Assembly: GCA_963813025.1 (NCBI GenBank)
Contig: CAWEXO010000011.1
Location: 800,001-864,000, forward strand
Source: an uncultured Verrucomicrobiae bacterium
Lineage (GTDB): Bacteria > Verrucomicrobiota > Verrucomicrobiia > Chthoniobacterales > JAFAMB01
Direction: 5' to 3'
Length of the DNA stretch: 64,000 bases
Position numbers and translations under genes: made by a program. Position 1 is the stretch's first letter. The number at the start of each line of letters is the position of its first letter. This document shows positions 58,585-64,000 of this stretch, piece by piece. The notes beneath the pieces are model-generated. The model was given only the letters and a program-made list of their open reading frames with translations, was not told where the DNA came from and ran no database searches.

Positions 58585-59885
58585 TGGAGACGAGTGGGCG
58601 AGTGGGCGAGTGGGCGAAAGGACAAATGACCGGGATTTCAAATGAGCGAGTGAGTAGGGACTTACTTGTCGCATCGCTCTTCCATTGGAAACTTATCAAC
58701 TCCACCGACCCAGTCGCGCACTCGCCCTTTCGCCGATTCGCCCTATCGCCCATTCGCGCTTTCACATTCTCGGCTGGTCGGCTGAACTGTTGGCCCGTTT
58801 TCCTTGCTGCCATCTTCCTCAGCCTCCTTCAACCGCCGGCTCGTGCGCAGCAGTTCGATCGCGACGGCTGGCAGTTGGCGGAACCGAATTACCATTTCCG
58901 GTTTCCCGAAGATTACGCCGCTCACTTCAGTTACCGAACCGAGTGGTGGTATTTTACCGGAAACTTGCGCGCCACTGGTGGGCGGGAATTCGGTTATCAA
59001 CTGACTTTTTTCCGATACGGCTACTTACCGCCGAGCAGGCGTGGATCGATCGCTTCGCCATTTGTCATGGCCGATCTGAAATTTGCCCATTTTACGGTAA
59101 CTGACGTGCAGGGGAAACAGTTTCATGCGGCCGCATCGGTGAGTCGCGGGGCGTTCGGCGAGGCTGGTTTTGCCTCAGTACCGCGCCTCGCCTGGATTAA
59201 GGACTGGCACGTTGATTTCGACGGTAACTTCCATCTTGCGGCGGATGAGAAGGGTTATGCGATCCAGCTTTCTCTGCGCCCGGTGCGGCCGCCCACCTTG
59301 CAAGGCGAAAACGGCTTTAGCAGAAAAGCGGTCGAGCCGCGGCACGCCTCAGAGTACTACTCAATTACCCGTCTGGAGACATACGGCATCGTGCGGATCG
59401 AGGGTAAAAATTACGACGTGACTGGCACCTCATGGTTTGATCGAGAATGGGCCACGAATCAGCTCACTGCGGAACAGCTAGGCTGGAACTGGTTTTCAAT
59501 CCAACTCTCGGACGGAACCGATCTGATGCTCTACCAGATGCGCGACAAAGGAGGGCGGATCGATCCGGCGTCCAGTGGAACTATATCGCGAGCCGATGGA
59601 ACGAGTTGCCAGCTGGGTGAACGCGACTTCGCGCTTCAGCCGACCCGCTTTTGGATCAGCCCGACGAGCAAAGCCCGGTACCCGATCGGATGGCAGTTGA
59701 GAATCGACCGGCTTGACTTGATGCTCGATCTCTCCACCCCGGTGCCGAACCAGGAACTGAATGTAGGAGTGCGTTATTGGGAAGGTTGTATCCGGACCAA
59801 AGGTGAGCTGCAGGCGAAACCAGTCTTGGGCGAGGGCTATCTTGAGCTGACGGGCTACGAAGGATCGCTTCCGGGTCTGCGCTGA
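58581..59885 (+). CDS. AttH/CrtC-like lipocalin-domain secreted protein
   Basis: FPED..AH..YRTEWWYFTGNL, FGYQLTFFR, SWFDREW, GWNWFSIQL, YWEG, GYLELTGY; start uncertain (see findings). Confidence 0.9.
   Translation: MMETSGRVGEWAKGQMTGISNERVSRDLLVASLFHWKLINSTDPVAHSPFRRFALSPIRAFTFSAGRLNCWPVFLAAIFLSLLQPPARAQQFDRDGWQLAEPNYHFRFPEDYAAHFSYRTEWWYFTGNLRATGGREFGYQLTFFRYGYLPPSRRGSIASPFVMADLKFAHFTVTDVQGKQFHAAASVSRGAFGEAGFASVPRLAWIKDWHVDFDGNFHLAADEKGYAIQLSLRPVRPPTLQGENGFSRKAVEPRHASEYYSITRLETYGIVRIEGKNYDVTGTSWFDREWATNQLTAEQLGWNWFSIQLSDGTDLMLYQMRDKGGRIDPASSGTISRADGTSCQLGERDFALQPTRFWISPTSKARYPIGWQLRIDRLDLMLDLSTPVPNQELNVGVRYWEGCIRTKGELQAKPVLGEGYLELTGYEGSLPGLR
58591..58760. repeat. GGGCGAGT 8-mer tandem repeats in inverted arrangement
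   Basis: cgagtgggcgagtgggcgagtgggcgaa ... actcgcccttt cgccgattcgccctatcgcccattcgc. Confidence 0.75.
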
Positions 59886-59926
59886 AATAGTACCGTGCCA
59901 GAGAAGAGATCTTCTACTGCCACAGG

Positions 59927-61225
59927 CTAAACAAAGTTTAGTTTGCTAAAATCGCGACCCAGGACTTGCAGCGCAGGCGCCTTCAGCCAATGAGCGAGAA
60001 TGGTCGCATAGACCGCGCGAAAATCGGTGTTGTAATACAGGTCGCCGGCGTCAAGATGATCAAGGCCGGGTTGCTTCCCGTAGAGTCCGGGTTTGATGGC
60101 GCCTCCGGCGAGGAACATCGGCGCGGCGGTGCCGTGATCAGTTCCTTTGCTGGCGTTTTCTGCCACGCGGCGACCAAACTCGCTAAATGTCATGACCAAG
60201 ACCCGATCGAAAATGCCTTTTGCTTTGAGATCCTGGCAGAAAGCCGCGAGCGCGTCCGCCAACTCGCCCAGTAGCCGATTGTGCGTGCGGAGCTGGCCTT
60301 GATGCGTATCGAAGCCGCCTTGGCTCGCATAGTAGACCCGCGTAGGGAGTCCCCCGGCGATCAACCGTCCGATCATGGAGAGGTCGCGCCCGAGCCGGGA
60401 CGCGGGATAACTAACATCCGGCTTACTGCGATTGAGGACGGCCGAGATCTCTGCGGTGCTCACCTGCACGTCCAGAGCAGCGCGTTGCAGATACTCTAAT
60501 GGTGAGAGTCCGGAGAGATTCTTTCCGCCGATCGCGCCGATCGAATCGCCGCTCATTCCGGCTCCTTCAAGACCGTTCATCTCCTCAAAGAGTTGTTCAT
60601 CGGAATGATTGTTCTCATGCCGAAAACCATATCGCGGACCTTCCAGGACTACGCCGGTGGGATTGCCGGAGTTGAATGCTTCGGGCATCTGGCTTCCGAT
60701 AGCGACTCCGACGGTTGGATTGGCTCCCTGACAGCAGTTGTCAAAATATCGACCGAGCCAGCCTTTCGACTGAACCTGGTTCGAATCGGACGCCGTTTGC
60801 CAAATGTCGGTCGACACGAAATGGGACCGATTGGGATTGGGATAGCCAACACCCTGGACCACCGCAAGATGGCCATCATCGAAAAGCGACTTCAGCGGAG
60901 CAAGTATCGGACTGAAACCGACGTTGCCGTCCAGATTGAGGACGCTCGTTCGGGGGACAGCGAGACTCGGCCGCAACCGGTAGTAAGCGTCTTGCCCGAA
61001 TGGCACCACCGTATTCAGACCATCATTGCCGCCGGCCAGTTGGATCACCACCAGAATAGGATTGTCGCGACCGGTGACGACAGGTAGCGCGGAATCGGCG
61101 GCCGCAGCATGGAGTTCTCCGAAAGTCCGATCGAGAAACATCGGAACGGTCCACGTCAGGGCCGCTCCCAAAACAGATGTTCTCAGAAAACGGCGCCGGG
61201 TCATCAGATCAGGTTCTTGTGACAT
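59927..61225 (-). CDS. DUF1501 domain protein with Tat signal
   Basis: TRRRFL, QLAGGNDGLNTVVP, GYPNPNRSHF, GGFDTH, FSEFGRR, GTDHG. Confidence 0.93.
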   Translation of the reverse strand: MSQEPDLMTRRRFLRTSVLGAALTWTVPMFLDRTFGELHAAAADSALPVVTGRDNPILVVIQLAGGNDGLNTVVPFGQDAYYRLRPSLAVPRTSVLNLDGNVGFSPILAPLKSLFDDGHLAVVQGVGYPNPNRSHFVSTDIWQTASDSNQVQSKGWLGRYFDNCCQGANPTVGVAIGSQMPEAFNSGNPTGVVLEGPRYGFRHENNHSDEQLFEEMNGLEGAGMSGDSIGAIGGKNLSGLSPLEYLQRAALDVQVSTAEISAVLNRSKPDVSYPASRLGRDLSMIGRLIAGGLPTRVYYASQGGFDTHQGQLRTHNRLLGELADALAAFCQDLKAKGIFDRVLVMTFSEFGRRVAENASKGTDHGTAAPMFLAGGAIKPGLYGKQPGLDHLDAGDLYYNTDFRAVYATILAHWLKAPALQVLGRDFSKLNFV

Positions 61226-61236
61226 ACAACTTTTTT

Positions 61237-62811
61237 TTAGCAGACTTGATAGTTTGGCGTGGCCAGCATCAGGCAGATCAGTTCCCGAATGGCATTATCC
61301 GCGAGCGGCAGAGGCTTGGTCGCCAACGAAGCGCTGAACCGCGCGACAAGGTCGGGAGCCGGCTTCTCCTGAAAAACCCTGGTAAGCAGTTTGGTGGTCA
61401 GGAGTTCGGGCTGATTGCGATCTTCCGTTAGGACAAGGTGATCGATAGGCAGAGGAGGCAACGGGCGGAAGGGTGAGCGATTCGCGGTCAAAGGTTTGGC
61501 GGGCTCCTGTGTTCCAGGATTTCCCATTGTGGGAGAGCCGGCCATCTGCATCGCTTGTATCGAAGATCCAGGAGTACCAGCCAACCCGGGTGCTGGGCTG
61601 GATGCGGATATGGGTTGCGAGGGTTTGGCAGTTTGGGGTGGATTGATCCCTTCCACCAGACGGCGCGAAATCTCGTAGCGGGTCGTGAGTGTAGCAGTGT
61701 TAATCCAACTCTTGCCTCCGTCCCAGCCCTTCACATTTGGCGGATAAAACGGTTCCTGCCCGAGCCGGCGAAACATTTCCCGGAGGAGATGCGGATCGGG
61801 CAGAGGCAACCCAAGAGAGCGCGAACCCTGAACGATAAATTGGACCGGGCTTTTGATGACCCCGCTGCTCGGCGCATCGCTGTACAATTGCTCCGAGGTG
61901 AAGATTGCCCGGAGGAGTGGTCTCATTTCAAAGCGCGCGCTCCGGAAATCGCGAGCTAGCGTGTCCACCGCAGCCGGGTCCGGTACGTCGGAGATGAAAA
62001 AGCGCCAGAGCTTCGCGACCAAAAAGCGGGAACAAGCCGGACGCGAGAAAATCAAATCAATAATATCATCGCCGTTCCACGGCCCAGTCTGATCAAAGAA
62101 GTCTTTAGGCGTCGGATCAAACTGGTTTGGAGCAAAGCGAAAGGATTGGGTGATGGGATCAATGCGATAACCGGTGAAAGCTCGAGCGGCCGCTTTGACG
62201 TCATTCTCGGTGTAATTACCTTCGCCCAGAGTAAACAGTTCCATCAGCTCACGGGCGAAGTTTTCGTTCGGCTTTGCTTTTTGGCTCTGCAACAGATCGA
62301 GCCAGACAAGCATGGCTGGGTCGCGTGAAACAGCCTTGATTAAAACATTGAAATTTCCCAGAGAGTGCGCTCGAAAAGTGGCGTTCTGCAACCACATCCG
62401 GTAAGGGTTGTGTACCTTCGCGGCGCTGGTCGCAAAATGCCCGTGCCAGAAGAACGTCATTTTCTCGACGAGCGGTGCTTTGCTGAACACCATGCGATCG
62501 ACCCACCAACGGAGCAGATCGATAAACTCCTCGTTTGCCTGCTGACGGCGCTGCTGGAATAATTCCCGTTTCTGTTCCGGATCGATCGCTGCTTTTGCTT
62601 GCGCCTGGAAGGCTAATAAGTTATCCGGTACGGCCCAGACAGGCGGTTCGACGTATTCGGGCGACGCAGTTAACAGGTGATTGACGGCCGATTCCGGGCC
62701 TTGATCTGCCAGGAACTGAATCTGTTCGGGCGAGCCACCGAACCCGGCCCGCACCAAAAGATGAGCAGCCTTGTCAAAATTCCAGGAACTGGCAGGTAAA
62801 CGCGCTATCAT
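61237..62811 (-). CDS. DUF1800 domain protein
   Basis: AAHLL.RAGFG, EKMTFFWHGHF, PNENFARELMELFTLG, AARAFTG, PPNVKGW. Confidence 0.93.
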   Translation of the reverse strand: MIARLPASSWNFDKAAHLLVRAGFGGSPEQIQFLADQGPESAVNHLLTASPEYVEPPVWAVPDNLLAFQAQAKAAIDPEQKRELFQQRRQQANEEFIDLLRWWVDRMVFSKAPLVEKMTFFWHGHFATSAAKVHNPYRMWLQNATFRAHSLGNFNVLIKAVSRDPAMLVWLDLLQSQKAKPNENFARELMELFTLGEGNYTENDVKAAARAFTGYRIDPITQSFRFAPNQFDPTPKDFFDQTGPWNGDDIIDLIFSRPACSRFLVAKLWRFFISDVPDPAAVDTLARDFRSARFEMRPLLRAIFTSEQLYSDAPSSGVIKSPVQFIVQGSRSLGLPLPDPHLLREMFRRLGQEPFYPPNVKGWDGGKSWINTATLTTRYEISRRLVEGINPPQTAKPSQPISASSPAPGLAGTPGSSIQAMQMAGSPTMGNPGTQEPAKPLTANRSPFRPLPPLPIDHLVLTEDRNQPELLTTKLLTRVFQEKPAPDLVARFSASLATKPLPLADNAIRELICLMLATPNYQVC

Positions 62812-62897
62812 ACCGAAAAAACGCTTGTAACTTTTTTGATGACGAACGTGACGGGGGTCGGTTTCAGCGAATCGCAGTAAGGGCCGCTAGGGAGCGA

Positions 62898-64000
62898 ATG
62901 CGTTTTCTCAATTTGACGGCTCAGACCGAGATCGGCGCAAACTCGTACTTGCTCGAAGTCGGCGGCAAAAAAATCCTGCTGGATGCCGGTCTCCATCCGA
63001 AACGCGAGGGCCTGGCCGCCTTGCCGTCATATCGTCTGGTCGAGGATAGATCGCTGGCCGCGATCGTGATCACGCACGCGCACCAGGATCATATCGGATC
63101 ACTTCCGTGGATTATGCGACGGCAGCCGCAGGCCCGGATCTTTATGACTGAAGCCACTGCTCGCCTGTCTGAGGTGATGCTGCACAATTCGGTGAACGTT
63201 ATGCAGCGGCAACGCGAGGATTTGAAAATCGCGGATTACCCGCTCTTCACTCATCGGGAGGTGGAGAAGGCGGCGGCGCGATGGCAGCGTTTGTCTTTAT
63301 GCCATCGCTGGACCCTGGAAGGTGAAAGAGCCAGTGATAAAGCGCCGGACCCCACTTTCGAATTTTTTGATTCCGGACACATTATCGGCGCAGCCGGCAT
63401 TTTATTCCGGGTTGATGGGAAACGGGTGTTTTATACTGGCGACGTCAACTTCATTGATCAGACCCTCGCGCAGCGTGCGGAATTCCCTACTGCAAAGTTG
63501 GATGTGTTGATCATCGAGTGTACCCGTGGCGATCGACCGAGCGACCCTGATTTTACGCGACATAAGGAGGAAGAAAGTTTTCTTTCCGAGCTCAGAAACG
63601 CGTTTGCCCGCGGCGGAGCCGTTTTAGTTCCAGTTTTTGCGCTGGGCAAGACCCAGGAAGTACTGGCCATGATTTATCAGTTTCGCCGCAACGGGCAGAT
63701 GAACCAGTCGCCGGTTTATATTGGTGGCCTCAGCACCAAAGTAACCGTGGTGCATGACGAACTTTCTCGGAGCGTTCCGCGTCAACTTCGCGGTCTGACG
63801 CTGCTGAGTTCGGTCGATCCTTTTGTGGTGAGCGCCAAGGAGATCGCGACCACGCAGGTGAGACAGAACCGGATTTTCGCTCTGTCGAGCGGCATGATGA
63901 CGGAGAAGACGCTGTCAAATATCCTAGCTGCCCGATTTCTCTCCGATCCGAAGCATTCCGTCTTTTTTGTCGGCTACGCTGATCCGGACTCACCTGGCGG
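62898..64000 (+). CDS. MBL-fold metallo-hydrolase, beta-CASP RNA-processing type (partial, runs off right edge)
   Basis: Not in the ORF track. Manual translation from ATG 62898: EIGANSYLL, LLDAG, ITHAHQDHIG, SGHIIGAA, YTGD, PVFALGKTQE, SSGM, FVGY. Confidence 0.92.
   Translation, partial: MRFLNLTAQTEIGANSYLLEVGGKKILLDAGLHPKREGLAALPSYRLVEDRSLAAIVITHAHQDHIGSLPWIMRRQPQARIFMTEATARLSEVMLHNSVNVMQRQREDLKIADYPLFTHREVEKAAARWQRLSLCHRWTLEGERASDKAPDPTFEFFDSGHIIGAAGILFRVDGKRVFYTGDVNFIDQTLAQRAEFPTAKLDVLIIECTRGDRPSDPDFTRHKEEESFLSELRNAFARGGAVLVPVFALGKTQEVLAMIYQFRRNGQMNQSPVYIGGLSTKVTVVHDELSRSVPRQLRGLTLLSSVDPFVVSAKEIATTQVRQNRIFALSSGMMTEKTLSNILAARFLSDPKHSVFFVGYADPDSPG

Overview
A 64-kb GC-rich bacterial chromosomal segment. 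The gene content (DUF5069, DUF1800/DUF1501, STAS-PP2C-grpE-dnaJ-rsmE, nuclease-ligase fusion) suggests a soil Verrucomicrobia (Chthoniobacterales-like) genome; this is inference. Most of it is housekeeping or common accessory genes: Fpg, GST, RecQ, Hsp20-Lon, sugar ABC transporter, cstA, pdxA2, truA, ruvX, manC, cysE, galK, DNA ligase, grpE/dnaJ/rsmE, valS, glnD, AttH cluster. I found no rRNA, tRNA or CRISPR array, and no convincing large novel multi-gene system. The most unusual signal is intergenic: (1) an intact IS630 element abutting a 274-bp MITE with the same termini, both at TA/CTAG sites inside a hexamer repeat; (2) a TIR-less 150-170-bp element family with conserved ends and different middles; (3) a palindromic element that has grown a 3x176-bp tandem array; (4) several short-tandem-repeat hairpins, one apparently translated in frame at the start of the AttH-like gene; (5) repeated TANNNT boxes 5-8 nt before start codons, suggesting leaderless transcripts. 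Coding highlights are a beta-CASP-type nuclease fused to an ATP-dependent ligase, a deletion fusing kdgT to a DUF1537 kinase remnant, and an orphan metallopeptidase with a partner gene. Five single-base frameshifts (dnaJ x2, HNH, PHP, kdgT) look like long-read indel errors. All assignments come from motif recognition; no database search was run.
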